Below are positions 33,372 through 44,312 of a stretch of DNA of 64,000 bases, piece after piece. The notes beneath the pieces are model-generated. The model was not told the origin of the DNA. It did not search any database and saw only the letters and a program-made list of their open reading frames with translations. Source of the stretch: an uncultured delta proteobacterium (GTDB lineage: Bacteria > Desulfobacterota > Binatia > Bin18); contig CAVTCR010000070.1 of assembly GCA_963733195.1 (NCBI GenBank), forward strand, positions 1-64,000. Reading direction: 5' to 3'. Both the position numbers and the translations under genes were made by a program. Position 1 is the first letter of the stretch. Every line of letters starts with the position of its first letter.

Positions 33372-33872
33372 ATGGCGGAGATTAAATTCCCCATCGAAGC
33401 GGGACACATCATGTTGTTCGCCCGCGCAGTTGGCGACCCCAATAAGATTTATTCGGACGCCGAGTACGCCAAGACCACTGAAGTCGGATCGATTGTCGCG
33501 CCGCCGACGTTTGTACAAGCAAGTGCGCAATTTGATCCTGACTACTCCTTGCGCCCAAAGATCGGCCAGCCGTGGTTTGGCTCGGGCAAGGAACCAACAG
33601 GGATTAAGCGTGAAAAGAGTAGTGGTGGTGGTGGCGGTGGTGGCGGTGGTCTCCACGCCGAGCAACACTTTGAGTATCATCGTCACATCAAGCCCGGTGA
33701 TGTCCTCACTGTCACCGTGAAACCCGGTAAAACGTGGGAAAAAGAAGGGAAACGGTCGGGTAAGCTCAAATTCTCCGAAACTATTACTGAGTACCGTGAC
33801 CAAAAAGGGGAGCTGGTGATTACAGCTCGTGGCGTTGGCGTTCAGACCGAACGCCCAGTTGATCAGAACTAG
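33372..33872 (+). CDS. MaoC-family dehydratase, N-terminal-type partner
   Basis: IEAGHIMLFARAVGD.N; APPTF; LHAEQHFEYHR. Confidence 0.88.
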   Translation: MAEIKFPIEAGHIMLFARAVGDPNKIYSDAEYAKTTEVGSIVAPPTFVQASAQFDPDYSLRPKIGQPWFGSGKEPTGIKREKSSGGGGGGGGGLHAEQHFEYHRHIKPGDVLTVTVKPGKTWEKEGKRSGKLKFSETITEYRDQKGELVITARGVGVQTERPVDQN

Positions 33873-33886
33873 CTAGGAGGAGAGCC

Positions 33887-34309
33887 ATGGCATTATCGGC
33901 AAAGAAACTCAAAGTTGGTGATACCTACTCTGAACAGATAGTGGATAATCTGACGAGAACCCAACTCGTCCAATATGCAGGTGCGTCAGGGGATTATAAT
34001 CCCGTACATACTGACGAACTCTTTACTACCAAGGTCGCTGGTTATCCTAGCGTCTTTGCCCACGGCATGTGTTCGATGGGGATGACGGGCAAGATGCTAA
34101 CGAACTACGTCGGGGACGGTCGCCTCACGACATATGGCGTGCGCTTTACCCGCCAGGTCTGGCCGGGAGATAGTTTGACCGCGAAAGCAACAGTAAAGGC
34201 CATTCGAGAAGAGGGTGGAAAGCATTTCGTTGATCTTGATGTTTCTACTGTGAACCAAGACGGCGCGGAAGTGATCAGCGGTTATGCATCGGCAAGGATT
34301 GATGCGTGA
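33887..34309 (+). CDS. MaoC-family dehydratase
   Basis: YAGASGDYNPVHTD; FAHGM; VRF...VWPGD. Confidence 0.92.
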   Translation: MALSAKKLKVGDTYSEQIVDNLTRTQLVQYAGASGDYNPVHTDELFTTKVAGYPSVFAHGMCSMGMTGKMLTNYVGDGRLTTYGVRFTRQVWPGDSLTAKATVKAIREEGGKHFVDLDVSTVNQDGAEVISGYASARIDA

Positions 34310-34311
34310 TA

Positions 34312-34400
34312 TTATACGTTCTTATAGAACAGGATGCCGAGGGCTATTTTGTTGCTTCGGTACCGGCTTTGCCTGGGTGTCATACTCAGGCAAAGTTCTT
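34312..34400 (+). pseudogene. HicB antitoxin remnant
   Basis: VLIEQDAEGYFVASVPALPGCHTQAK with no start codon, cut off at a palindromic repeat (34408-34434). Confidence 0.7.
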
Positions 34401-34499
34401 GATGTTCCTGGATGCCCGCCGGTGCGGGCATGACGGTCCGGAGTCCATCCGTCTCTACGAGTACTAACCTACTATGAGTCCAAACAAAAGGAGGAACTC

Positions 34500-34775
34500 A
34501 TGAGTGCCCAAGCCCTCAATATCATGCTCGTGGACTTGTTTCGTTCCGACGAAAAACTCAACCAGTATCAGCAAAATCCCGACGCAGTTACTGCTAACTA
34601 TGACCTGACAAGTGAAGAGCGAGAGCGGCTCAAAGCGAAGGATATGGGCTGGCTGTATACGCACGGAGCTCACCCGTACATCCTCGTTCAATATGCGTTT
34701 GCGATTAAGCACGACCTCGGGCAGTACCTGCAGTCGCTACAAGCGGCGACGGGGAAGGGCGGAGCAGAACACTAG
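34500..34775 (+). CDS. LigA-like extradiol dioxygenase small subunit
   Basis: YDLTSEERE...D.GWL..HGAHPYIL; directly upstream of a LigB-like gene. Confidence 0.75.
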   Translation: MSAQALNIMLVDLFRSDEKLNQYQQNPDAVTANYDLTSEERERLKAKDMGWLYTHGAHPYILVQYAFAIKHDLGQYLQSLQAATGKGGAEH

Positions 34776-34885
34776 ACAGAACACGCATCACGTAATACGC
34801 ATCACGCATCACCGGGCATCTGTTACGTTTTGCGTGTTACGTGACATAAGTACAGCACTTTCAGTGATTGAGACAGGAGGCCTTC

Positions 34886-35707
34886 ATGGCACAAGTTGTT
34901 GCAGCAATGGCGTCGGTTCACAGCCCGTTAATGACAATGGCCCCACACATGGCAGATCAGCCCACCTGGCAGAGGATTCACCAAGGCTTCGATACGCTGA
35001 AAAAGACACTAGCGGATAACAAAGTCGATACTATCGTAGTGATTTCCGACGAACACTTTAATGCACTCGACCCGCGTCGTTATCCGTCGTTTGGTGTTGT
35101 GACCTCAGAAACGGCAGTTGGACCAGTAGAGAACTGGTTAGGGATGCCAAGCAACAGTATCAAAATTAACTGCGCGTCAGATCTGGCGGAAGCGGTGATG
35201 AAGGAAGGAGTACAGCAAGGATTCGATCTCACCCGGTTAGGAGAAGTTGGACTTGATCATGGTTTTCTCACTGTATTGAATTTCCTCACCCCGAAGTGGG
35301 ATCTTTCCTATCTGTGGCTGATTCAGAATTGTGTCTTGCCGCCGTTACCAAGTCTCAAGCGCTGTTATGACTTTGGTCGCATGGTTGGTGAGGCGATTCG
35401 CAAAGCCGGCGGCTCACGTCGCGTTGCGATTCTCGGCACCGGTGGATTGTCACATGCCGTTGGTACGCCCGATATGGGCCGCGTCACGCCAGAGTTCGAC
35501 AAAAAGTTCCTCGATCTGTTGTGTGCGAATAATCAGGCGATGTGTAATTTTAGTGACGCAGAACTTGAGGCTATTGGCAATGGCACACACGAAATCCGTA
35601 ACTGGATAGCTGTCGCTGGCGCAGTGGAAGGGGCAAAAGGTCAAGTTGTGATGTACGAGCAAGCAATGGCTGTCGGCTTCGGTATGATGCAGTTTCAAGT
35701 GGCATAA
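34886..35707 (+). CDS. LigB-family extradiol ring-cleavage dioxygenase
   Basis: SVHSP; SDEHF; LDHG; GTGGLSH; HEIRNW. Confidence 0.88.
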   Translation: MAQVVAAMASVHSPLMTMAPHMADQPTWQRIHQGFDTLKKTLADNKVDTIVVISDEHFNALDPRRYPSFGVVTSETAVGPVENWLGMPSNSIKINCASDLAEAVMKEGVQQGFDLTRLGEVGLDHGFLTVLNFLTPKWDLSYLWLIQNCVLPPLPSLKRCYDFGRMVGEAIRKAGGSRRVAILGTGGLSHAVGTPDMGRVTPEFDKKFLDLLCANNQAMCNFSDAELEAIGNGTHEIRNWIAVAGAVEGAKGQVVMYEQAMAVGFGMMQFQVA

Positions 35708-35711
35708 GGCT

Positions 35712-35863
35712 GTAGGGGCGGATTGCGGCTCTAATGCGAGATTGGCGATTGAAGAGTAGCGTGCGCTGTGCGCACGAGGGTAACGTACCTGCTCAGCGCA
35801 CTGGCGGGCACAGCCCGCCCTGACGTATTTCACTAGCAGAGAGTAGGGCAGGCTATGCCTGCC
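35712..35863. repeat. Cluster of GTAG-type REP hairpins
   Basis: GTAGCGTGCGCTGTGCGCACG, GGCGGGCACAGCCCGCCC, GTAGGGCAGGCTATGCCTGCC. Confidence 0.7.
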
Positions 35864-35899
35864 GATTAAAAGGTTGGCTCTGACACGAGGATCGTCAAC

Positions 35900-37059
35900 A
35901 TGACAGACGCCATTGATCAAGTACTGCGCCGTGCGACGGACGCTGGTGATGTTCCCGGTATTGTAGCTATAGCCGCGAACGACCAGGACATTATCTACGA
36001 AGGGGCATTCGGCAAGCAAAACCTAAATGCGGCAACATCGATGACGGTGGACACCGTCTTTCGCATTGCCTCGATGACGAAAGCGGTCACGTCGGTCGCA
36101 GCGATGCAGTTGGTCGAACAAGGCAAACTGCAACTCGACCAAACCGTTGCCAGTGTCATCCCGGCATTTGGCGAGCTTCAAGTACTGGTGGGATTTTACG
36201 GTGACAATCCGGCGCTTCGTCCGCCCACACGCCAAGCGACTATCCGTCATTTGCTGACTCATACCTCTGGACTCGGCTACGAGATTTGGAATACTGATCT
36301 CGCCAGGTATCAGAAAGTGACAAAAACGCCAGGCATCGTTTCTGGCCTTAAAGCGGCGTTTCGCAACCCGTTGGTCGCAGATCCTGGCTCGATGTGGAAC
36401 TACGGAATCAATACAGACTGGCTCGGTCGTGTAGTTGAAGAAATGAGTGGTCAAACGCTGGGTGCTTACATGAAGCATAACATCTTTGATCCGCTAGGGA
36501 TGAAAGATACGAGCTTCAGCGAAACCGACGAACAAAAAAAGCGCATGGTGACAGTCCATGCACGCCAAGCTGACGGCTCGCTTGCGCCGATCGATTTTTC
36601 TTGGCCAACAGGGAGAGAATTCGAGAATGGCGGTCACGGTTTGGTTTCTACCGCACGCGACTATTTGGCATTCGTGAGAATGTTGTTAAACGAAGGAGTG
36701 CATAACGGGTCCCGTGTTTTGCGCTCAGAGACTGTGGCGCAAATGCGGCAGAACCACATCGGTGATTTGCTTGTGACCGTGATGAAATCCGCGAACCCGG
36801 CGATGAGCAACGACGCCGAATTCTTTCCCGGCATGAAGAAGAAACACGGCCTCGGCTTCGTGATCAATACTGAGCAGTGGCCAGGCATGCGCGCAGCCGG
36901 GAGTTGCTGTTGGGCCGGTCTGTTCAATAGCTTCTACTGGTTTGATCCGACTACGCGTATCGCTGCAGCGATCTTTATGCAAATCCTGCCGTTCGCGGAT
37001 CCACAAAGCGATGGAAGTATACACAGCAGTTCGAGAAAGCGGTGTATGCGAGTGTGTGA
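35900..37059 (+). CDS. Serine hydrolase, beta-lactamase class C/EstB-like; indels near C-terminus
   Basis: FRIASMTK (SxxK); LLTHTSGL; WNYG; WAGLFN; likely true end FEKAVYASV TGA 37059. Confidence 0.9.
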
Positions 37060-37128
37060 TTCCCAGTTTGGTTAAGGGAAGAGTCGGGATGGACAACGAG
37101 GAGAGGCGACTCTCGCTGTCTAAGTGAG

Positions 37129-37404
37129 TTAGGAAACTTGCCTCTGACGTAGATTACTTTCGACCTGCCGAATCCGCTCGTCACACGCCATCTTGATCCA
37201 GGCCTGGCGGGTGACACCAAGCCGCTCACATTCAGCATCGATCTGGCGAAGCAGGTTCAGCGGAAAATCGACATTCACAAATTGTTTAGCGCGGTGTTGA
37301 CCGGTGAAGTGTGCCGAAACGTCTGCTCCCCTTTCAGCACGTTCTGCGATTTCCTCGATCTCCATCTTCTTGTGAGGTGAGCGGCTAACCGATTTCTTGC
37401 GCAT
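37129..37404 (-). CDS. BrnA/CopG-like antitoxin
   Basis: VNVDFP..LL..ID.E..RLGVTRQAWIK. Confidence 0.8.
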   Translation of the reverse strand: MRKKSVSRSPHKKMEIEEIAERAERGADVSAHFTGQHRAKQFVNVDFPLNLLRQIDAECERLGVTRQAWIKMACDERIRQVESNLRQRQVS

Positions 37405-37659
37405 AGGTTTGTTTCTCTGTCGCTGTTGAGTTCCATGCGGTGACTACCCAGATAAATTCCCCAAGCTCGTCTTCTCGATATTCGATGATAAAAGTCGTCA
37501 CCTTTCCTTTCACAAACCCGATGATCCGATATTGCTCCGGGTCGTCGGACCGTTGGTCTTCAAGGTAGGGGAGGCAGAAGAGATCGTCTAAGGTGGCAAA
37601 GTCGATCCGGCGTCGTTTGAGGCCCACTGACGTTTCTTCTCATCCCACCGAATCCGCAC
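37385..37659 (-). CDS. BrnT-family toxin (frameshift ~37622)
   Basis: GTG start RIRWDEKKRQ; IDF; YRIIG; VVTAW..T..E...Y. Confidence 0.8.
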
Positions 37660-37803
37660 TGACGAACTATACCATTTTCATGTCATGTGGTAACCAGCGG
37701 ATAGAGGGCGATCTGGACTTTCACGAGTGGAAGCCAGATGAGATCCCTGCATGAATCCCTTGTGGTAGAAACGCAACGTCTGGATTCATAGTTCCACCTG
37801 TTG

Positions 37804-37986
37804 CAATGGCCAGGCATGCGTATAGCAGGAAGTTGCTGTTGGGCCGGCCTGTTCAACAGCTTCTACTGGTTTGATCCGACTAAGCGCATTGCTGCGACTA
37901 TCTTTATGCAAATCCTGCCGTTCGCTGATCACAAGGCGATGGAAGTGTACACCGCGTTCGAAAAGGCAGTGTATGCGAGTGTGTGA
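37804..37986 (+). pseudogene. Duplicated 3' end of the serine hydrolase gene
   Basis: Aligns to 36875-37059; differences are mostly synonymous. Confidence 0.88.
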
Positions 37987-38031
37987 GCTAGTCGTGGGTG
38001 GGTCATGACCCACCCGACGGAACTCACGCGG

Positions 38032-38532
38032 TTAGAGAATCGGGCAATTGACTTCAGTGGGTTGTGGCTCGTCAACTCGGCGTACTGCTCCGACCGGCAG
38101 GATAAAGGTCGCGGTAAGTTGTGCATCTTCCGTGCCCTCATTCCGTAGCGTGTGCACCTGATCCGGATCTCCCTCCACAAAGCCTTCTCCCGCGTGATAG
38201 ACTTGGGGCTGACATTTGGGGGCGTTGTAGACCGTCAGGGCTCCTTGCGTGACCACCACAAAGACCGGGCCTGGATGCGAATGCCAGCCGGTGTAGCCAC
38301 CAGGGATAATAGTGCCGCTGGAGGTCACAATATCGACATCCTCTTTGGTCTTGACGGTCACTCGGGCCTCGCCAGATTTTTTCACGTTCAGCTGGTCGAA
38401 CGTTCCGCGCACCTCCGCTGGACCTGCCACTGAAGGGGTTTGCCCAGAGGAGGGGGTGGACAACGCCATCCCGTAGTACAGCCCGACGCTGAGAGCCCCA
38501 ACCGTTACTGTGCCGAGTATTTTCTTCAACAT
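38032..38532 (-). CDS. Secreted cupin-domain protein
   Basis: AGGAGG RBS; signal-like N-terminus; PGGYTGWHSHPGP; GEGFVE..VH..RNEG. Confidence 0.85.
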   Translation of the reverse strand: MLKKILGTVTVGALSVGLYYGMALSTPSSGQTPSVAGPAEVRGTFDQLNVKKSGEARVTVKTKEDVDIVTSSGTIIPGGYTGWHSHPGPVFVVVTQGALTVYNAPKCQPQVYHAGEGFVEGDPDQVHTLRNEGTEDAQLTATFILPVGAVRRVDEPQPTEVNCPIL

Positions 38533-38729
38533 TTGCATGATCCTCCTGACGTTAAGGTGAATGGGAAAAATCCGTAAGGTAGCTGAATTACCTACGGACT
38601 TGCCTTTCGCTCCCGTCTTTACCTTGGGTTCCCGATTCGCAATGGCATCACCTCCTTCCCGCCGCAGGCCTATGTTTCTCTTGTGACTGCGCGGATTTTG
38701 TGACAGGAGGGTAATGACATCGCGACGTG

Positions 38730-38773
38730 AAATCCTAAGAAAATTGTGAGAGATTTGTGAGATATTTCTGAGA
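38730..38773. promoter_or_regulatory. 11-bp-period direct repeats upstream of wHTH regulator
   Basis: AAATCCTAAGA AAATTGTGAGA GATTTGTGAGA TATTTCTGAGA. Confidence 0.65.
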
Positions 38774-38790
38774 GAGGGAAAAAGCCGCAC

Positions 38791-41700
38791 ATGCAAGAGC
38801 ATACCGACGTAAGTTTTGGCCCGTTTCGGCTGGATGGGCGGAACGAGCAGGTGTGGCGCGGACAAGAGGTCGTCCGTCTCACCAACAAAGCCTTGGCTGT
38901 CCTACGGTATTTGGTAGAGCATAGCGGACAGTTAGTGACGAAGGACGAACTATTTGCCGCTGTATGGCCTGGAGTCGTGGTGGGTGATTCGGCGCTGGTG
39001 GTGTGTATTCGCGAGCTGCGTCAAGCGTTAGGGGATGAGCGGCGCATGCCGCAGTTCATCGAGACCGTGCACGGGCGGGGGTATCGATTCATCGGGAAAG
39101 TAGTCAGTCGTCAGCATTCAGTAGTCAGTAGACCGGAACAATCGACAAACGAGCTAAGTCTAGCGTCTAGTGTCCAGAGTCTAGAGTCGAAAACTTCCGA
39201 GGGTGCTTCTCAATCTGAGCACATCCCAGACGTTTCCTCTGGTCAGACTCTAGACCCCCAACCCCAGACACCCGACGCATCGGCACTTTCTACCCAACGC
39301 TCCTGGTCGGTACGGAGTCTGATGGGCATGAGCCTCGTGCTCCTCGTCGGCGTTACCATGCTCGTGCAGTATCTTTCCCTTCCAACCTCCAGCACCCAAC
39401 CCCTAATCCCCAACACCCAATCCCTTCCCTTGCCCGACAAACCGTCGATTGTCATTCTGCCGTTCGTCAACCTCAGCGGCGATCCAGGCCAGGAGTATTT
39501 CAGTGACGGCGTCACCGAGGAGATCACTGCAACCCTTTCGCGCCTCTCCAGCCTGTTTGTCATCGCCCGCACCTCGGCGTTCACCTACAAAGGCAGGGCG
39601 CCAAAGTGCAGGACATCAGCCGGGAGTTGGGCATACGCTACGTCTTGGAAGGCAGCGTACGCAAAACGAAGGACCAGCTCCGGGTTATTGCCCAACTGAT
39701 TGACGCCACCACAGGAGAGCACTTTGGTCCGAGCGTTACGATCGGCCACTCAAAGACATCTTTGCCGTGCAAGACGAGATCGTGCAGAAGATTGTGACGA
39801 CGCTGAATCTCCAGCTCACTATGCGGGAACTGGGGTATCTGACGCGCAAGACCACGGACAACCTGGAATCCTATGACTATGTCTTACGTGGAATAGAGTT
39901 TAATAATCGCTTTACGAAAGAAGCCAATCTTCAGGCACGACAAATGTTTGAGCGAGCTATTGCCCTGGACCCGCAGTATGCCGAGGCGTATGCGCGCCTG
40001 GGCGGCACGTACCATAGGGAGTGGAGCATGCGCTGGGGTCAGGACCCGCAAATACTGGAGCGGGCGTTTGAGCTAGAGCAAAAGGCCTTGGCCCTGGATA
40101 ATTCCGTATCCTTTGCCCACGGATTCTTAGGCTTTATTCTTGTGGAGAAACAACAACATGATCTGGCTATGATCGAAGGCGCGCAGGAAGTCTCGCTCAA
40201 TCCCAACAATGATGTCAGCTATGCCCAACAGGCGATAGTGCTCAACTTCGCGGGTAAACCCGAGGAGGCTCTGCGGGCGATCAAGCAAGCGATGCGCCTC
40301 AACCCCCACTATCCTGCTTGGTACTTATCGCCACTGGGGAACGCTTATATCTTGATGGGACGATATGCAGAGGGCATTGCAGCGCTCGAGGGCTGTCGCG
40401 CGCGTAACCCCAATCTTCCCGTCCACTTTTCACTAGTTCATGGTTACATCTCGCAGTGGGATTCTCAACTGAGTCAGAACCCGCAGTTGCTTGAACAAGC
40501 GTTGGCGATGGCTCAGCAGGGCGTTGCTCTCAACGGCGCCGTCTTCTTTACTCATTGGAGCTTAGGCAGTGTCTATCTGTGGCAAAAGCAGTATGACCAG
40601 GCTATCGGCGAGTTGGAGCGAGCAGTTGCCCTCGGCCCCAACGATGCCTTGAGCTATGCAGGTCTGGCTGATGGGTTGAGCCGGATAGGTGTCGATCCTG
40701 AAAAAAGGGGGAAACGTAAAGCCGGTGGGGGCTACAGCAGCAACGAGAGGCGCTAGAATCGCCAGGAAATGAGCAGAAAGGGCCAAAAGCTGGTGATTTT
40801 ATAGAAGTGGAGAAAACCGAAAAGTCGAGTGCGGCATTCGGGAAGCGTGTTGTTGAAGGACTTCCTGAATGCGGCGCATCCGCTGTATCGCTTAGCGAGT
40901 GTGGTGAACTGGGCGCAATTTAGAGCGGCGAATCGGCAAGTTCTACGCGGAGGAAATGGGGCAACCGGCATTAGCAACTCGTCTAGTGGTGGGCCTGCAC
41001 TACTTGAAGTACCTCTATAATGTGAGTGATGAAGTGGTGGTCGCGAGTTGGGTAGAGAATCCGTATTGGCAGTATTTTTGTGGGGAAGAGTATTTCGTGC
41101 ACGAGTTGCCGTGTGATCCAACGAGTTGAGTGAAGTGGCGGCAACGGGTGGGCGTGGAAGGGAGTGAGAAGTTACTGAAAGAATCGTTAGCGGCGGCGCA
41201 ACGGGAAGCGGTCCTGACCGGGACCGAGATCAAGCAGGTGAATGTCGATACCACGGTGCAAGAGAAGGCGATTGCGTTTCCGACCGATGCGCGGTTGTAT
41301 CACAAGGCGCGACAAGCGCTGGTGCGGACCGCGAAGAGTTGTAACTTGAAGTTACGGCAAAGTTACGTGCGGCTGGGCAAGCGCGCGTTGGTGAATCAGG
41401 GCCGCTACGGCGCGGCCCGGCAACTCAAGCGGGCGCGACGGGAAACGCGCAAACTGCGCACGTATTTGGGGCGCGTGTTGCGCAACGTCGAGCGTGGGCG
41501 CCCACAGCTGTCGGAGAAACAGGCACAGTTAGTGACAATTGCTCGCCGGATCCTTACCCAACAACGCACCGATCACGGGAAAGTCTATAGTGTCCACGCC
41601 CCAGAGGTGGAGTGTATCGCGAAGGGGAAAGTTCACAAGCCCTACGAGTTTGGATGCAAAGTGCCAATCGTGACCACCTCGCGGCAGAGCTGGATTGTCG

Positions 41701-42465
41701 GGATCGATGCCGTCCACGACAATCCGTATGATGGAGTGACCTTGAAACCGGCCCTGGCTCAGGTCAAGCGCTTGACAGGAGTCCGACCCGAGGCAGCATT
41801 TGTCGATAAGGGCTTTCGGGGGCAGCGCTATCATCCGCAAGCGGTCGCGGTCTATATCACTGGCCGGCGCAATCTCACGCCCCAGTTGAGTAAGCTCCTC
41901 AAACGACGCTCGGCGATTGAGCCCGTGATTGGGCATACCAGACACAATCGCGCATCGACCGGAACTATCTGTTGGGAAAAATCGGCGATCGGATCAACGC
42001 GCTGCTCAGCGGCGCAGCCTGGAATCTCAGAGAATTTCTGGCGCCATTTTGTCGAACATCCGCTACCAGTACCGGCAACCTGACTTTTTAGGGACGATAG
42101 GTAGAGTAGAAGATGCCTTACGAGCTGCAGAAAAGGCACTGCCCATTCAAACCACCTCTGGTGCGTTGGACCACTACCTACTTTCCGTAGGCACTGCGTA
42201 TACCCTAGCCGGGCGACCCAAAGAAGCCATTACGCCGCTAAAGCAATTCCTTACCCGCTACCCTAATGTTCTCCGCGCCCATCTGACTCTGGCAGAGGCC
42301 TACAGTGAGTTAGGTAAAGACGCTGAAGCGCGAGCGGAGGTGGCAGAAGTGCTGAGGCTTAATCCCAAGTTCTCACTAGAAGTTCACAAACAAAGAGAAC
42401 CAATCAAAGATCCAGCGGTGTTGGAGCGGCATATTGCGGCATTGAGAAAGGCAGGGCTTAAATAA
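38791..42465 (+). pseudogene. Membrane-anchored wHTH-TM-TolB-like-TPR regulator, disrupted by an IS5-family element plus indels
   Basis: FGPFRLD...[12 protein letters not shown]; [14 protein letters not shown]; [20 protein letters not shown]; TPRs; ALRKAGLK end; frame rejoins across the IS. Confidence 0.85.
40691..42098 (+). mobile_element. IS5-family insertion sequence (~1.4 kb), transposase frameshifted
   Basis: Imperfect IRs GTCGATCCTGAAAAA / TTTTTAGGGACGAT; flanking repeat AGGT (extendable to GATAGGT); ENPYWQYFCG, VDTTVQEK, KGK.HKPYEFG, VDKGFRG, RRSAIEPVIGH. Confidence 0.92.
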
Positions 42466-42648
42466 TGGAGAATGAAAAATTGAGAATGGAGAATGAAAAA
42501 TGAGGAACGATGAATGAGGAGGTAAGTGCTGAGTACTAAGCGCTGATACATTCTGGCTTATAGTAGTGAGCCTGATGGTGAGATACGATAAGAAGAGAGA
42601 GAAAAATGAAGGAGAAGCGTTGACGTTTTTAGCAATAGAGGTCTTCTG

Positions 42649-42980
42649 ATGACAACCGTGACCATTCCAGACGAATCCGCCGAAGCGTTGCGTGCGCTTG
42701 GCGATTGCAACTGGCAGTAGATCTGGCGCTGCAGCGGTACACGATCGAACAAATCACCGCTAAAATTGCGTCTTTACGCCAACGCGTACGTGAATACGAA
42801 ACCAAGTATGGTGTCGATTACTCCACTTTTACTCTTCGCATAGCAAATGAAGAATCCTTCATTCGCGACATTGAAGCGACTGTGAACCCACTCTGGGAAC
42901 TAGACCAAGCGAACTGGGAGTTCTGCGTGAAAGGCATTGAAGAATGGACCCACACGCTCCAGACTATTTTGCTGACGTGA
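42649..42980 (+). CDS. Putative antitoxin (frameshift ~42705)
   Basis: YETKYG.DY..F...WE coiled motif; overlaps downstream toxin. Confidence 0.6.
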
Positions 42981-43347
42981 TTCAGCTGGTGCGTACAACG
43001 TTCACCGACGTTGAGGTGGAGATCGATACGACTCCTGTTCGTGCGCTCCTACGGATTCAAGGTCACTATGGCCCGTATCGCGTTTTCATCACCGAACTGA
43101 GCGATGGGAGTCGTCGTCAGTACCGCTATTACGTATGCAAGGTAACGATGTAGAAGCGGGGTTCGATAATAGTTCTGATCCTCGCGCCCTTCGCTTGAAG
43201 TACGGTCGGATTGGCGAGGAACACCTTGGGGAATATCTACCGCATCTGCATCGCGCAAATAAAACTCAACTCTTGCTGACTGAAGAAATGCACTGTGTCG
43301 ATTTTGTGCACTGGCTGCATCAACATCTGCCTCTCAATCAGTTTTGA
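42944..43347 (+). CDS. DUF6516/TumE-like toxin (frameshift ~43135)
   Basis: YRYYV...GFDN...PHLH. Confidence 0.6.
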
Positions 43348-43445
43348 CATCTCTCTCTACAGAGGACATGACAGCACGATATTTTCTTTCTGGAAAAAAT
43401 GCTGGGGTCGACGTTGTCTCAACCCAGCCTACGGTTTTAGTGCGT

Positions 43446-43471
43446 CACGGGCAGCTTGCTGCCCGTGTTTT
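43446..43471. terminator. Perfect hairpin between convergent genes
   Basis: CACGGGCAGC-TT-GCTGCCCGTG followed by TTTT. Confidence 0.6.
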
Positions 43472-43488
43472 CCGCGTGTCAGTCTTCC

Positions 43489-44072
43489 TTAATCATGATC
43501 ATGCCCGCCATGCGGCAGAATCAGCGTGCCAGTAAACTCCCCACTAGAGGAGCCAAACCCCTGGGGTGGGTTGGCATTCGCGTCAAAAACCTGAAAGAAG
43601 CCGGCGAAACTATTCTCACCATTTCCCGACGCTCCAGCAAACTTTCCTGTTCCGTCAACGATAGCTGAAAGTGCTAGAGCCGGTGAATCCTCCTACGCCG
43701 TCGGAGCAAAGCGTGCGAGTGAGTACCCGTGCATAGAGCTGGTCGCCATTGGGGAAGGTTTCGGTGCAGGTCCCAAATCCCTGCCCATTTTGCGCATCGA
43801 TGATGAACACGCCCCCAGGACACGCTGCCGTTGGGCCAGTGGGGACTAATTCGCTAACGCCCTGGTAGACGCGTTTTCCTGGAGTACTCGTCGTCACTCC
43901 TGTTTCCCAACCAGCCGGCACTCCATCGTCATTCCGATCGATACGAGAGTGAAGAAAGGTTCCGGCGAACTTGCCATTGTTCCGAATTTGCCTTGGCTTC
44001 CACCCGGCCAAGGCCTGCGACGAGCAGACACCCGATCGCTGCTCCGATGATCAATCCTTTTTTACTGTACAT
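43489..44072 (-). CDS. Secreted beta-rich protein, allene-oxide-cyclase/dirigent-like (frameshifted)
   Basis: AAGGAG RBS; signal peptide; FPNGDQLY; GTGKFAGASG; GEFTGTL, ends HGGHDHD. Confidence 0.6.
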
Positions 44073-44240
44073 ACAATTGCTCCTTCTTATGCGTGTTACG
44101 TGTTACGTGTTTCCTGCTTACTCCCGATTGCTCCCTCGCTGCCCTCATCCTTCGACCCTCAAAGGCATCACCTCCTTTCTATGAAACGTTGCAATCGCGT
44201 CCGTTCTGTGAGAGGAGGGTAAGAGAGCAGCGACAGGAAG

Positions 44241-44300
44241 TCCTGGAAAAGTTATGGAATTTGTCCGCCATTTCTCTGGAAATTTGCCGCCAGTTTGCCA
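44241..44300. promoter_or_regulatory. 11/22-bp-phased direct repeats upstream of wHTH regulator
   Basis: TGGAA at 44244, 44255, 44277; GGAATTTGTCCGCCA / GGAAATTTGCCGCCA 22 bp apart. Confidence 0.55.
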
Positions 44301-44312
44301 AAGGGTCGGAAT

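Noticed and set aside
33620-33650. GGT trinucleotide run in the MaoC gene as a contingency locus
   Set aside because: It encodes an in-frame poly-Gly loop, so length change would not shift the frame
36875-37986. Diversity-generating retroelement TR/VR pair
   Set aside because: Mismatches are mostly synonymous and not adenine-specific; no reverse transcriptase in the window
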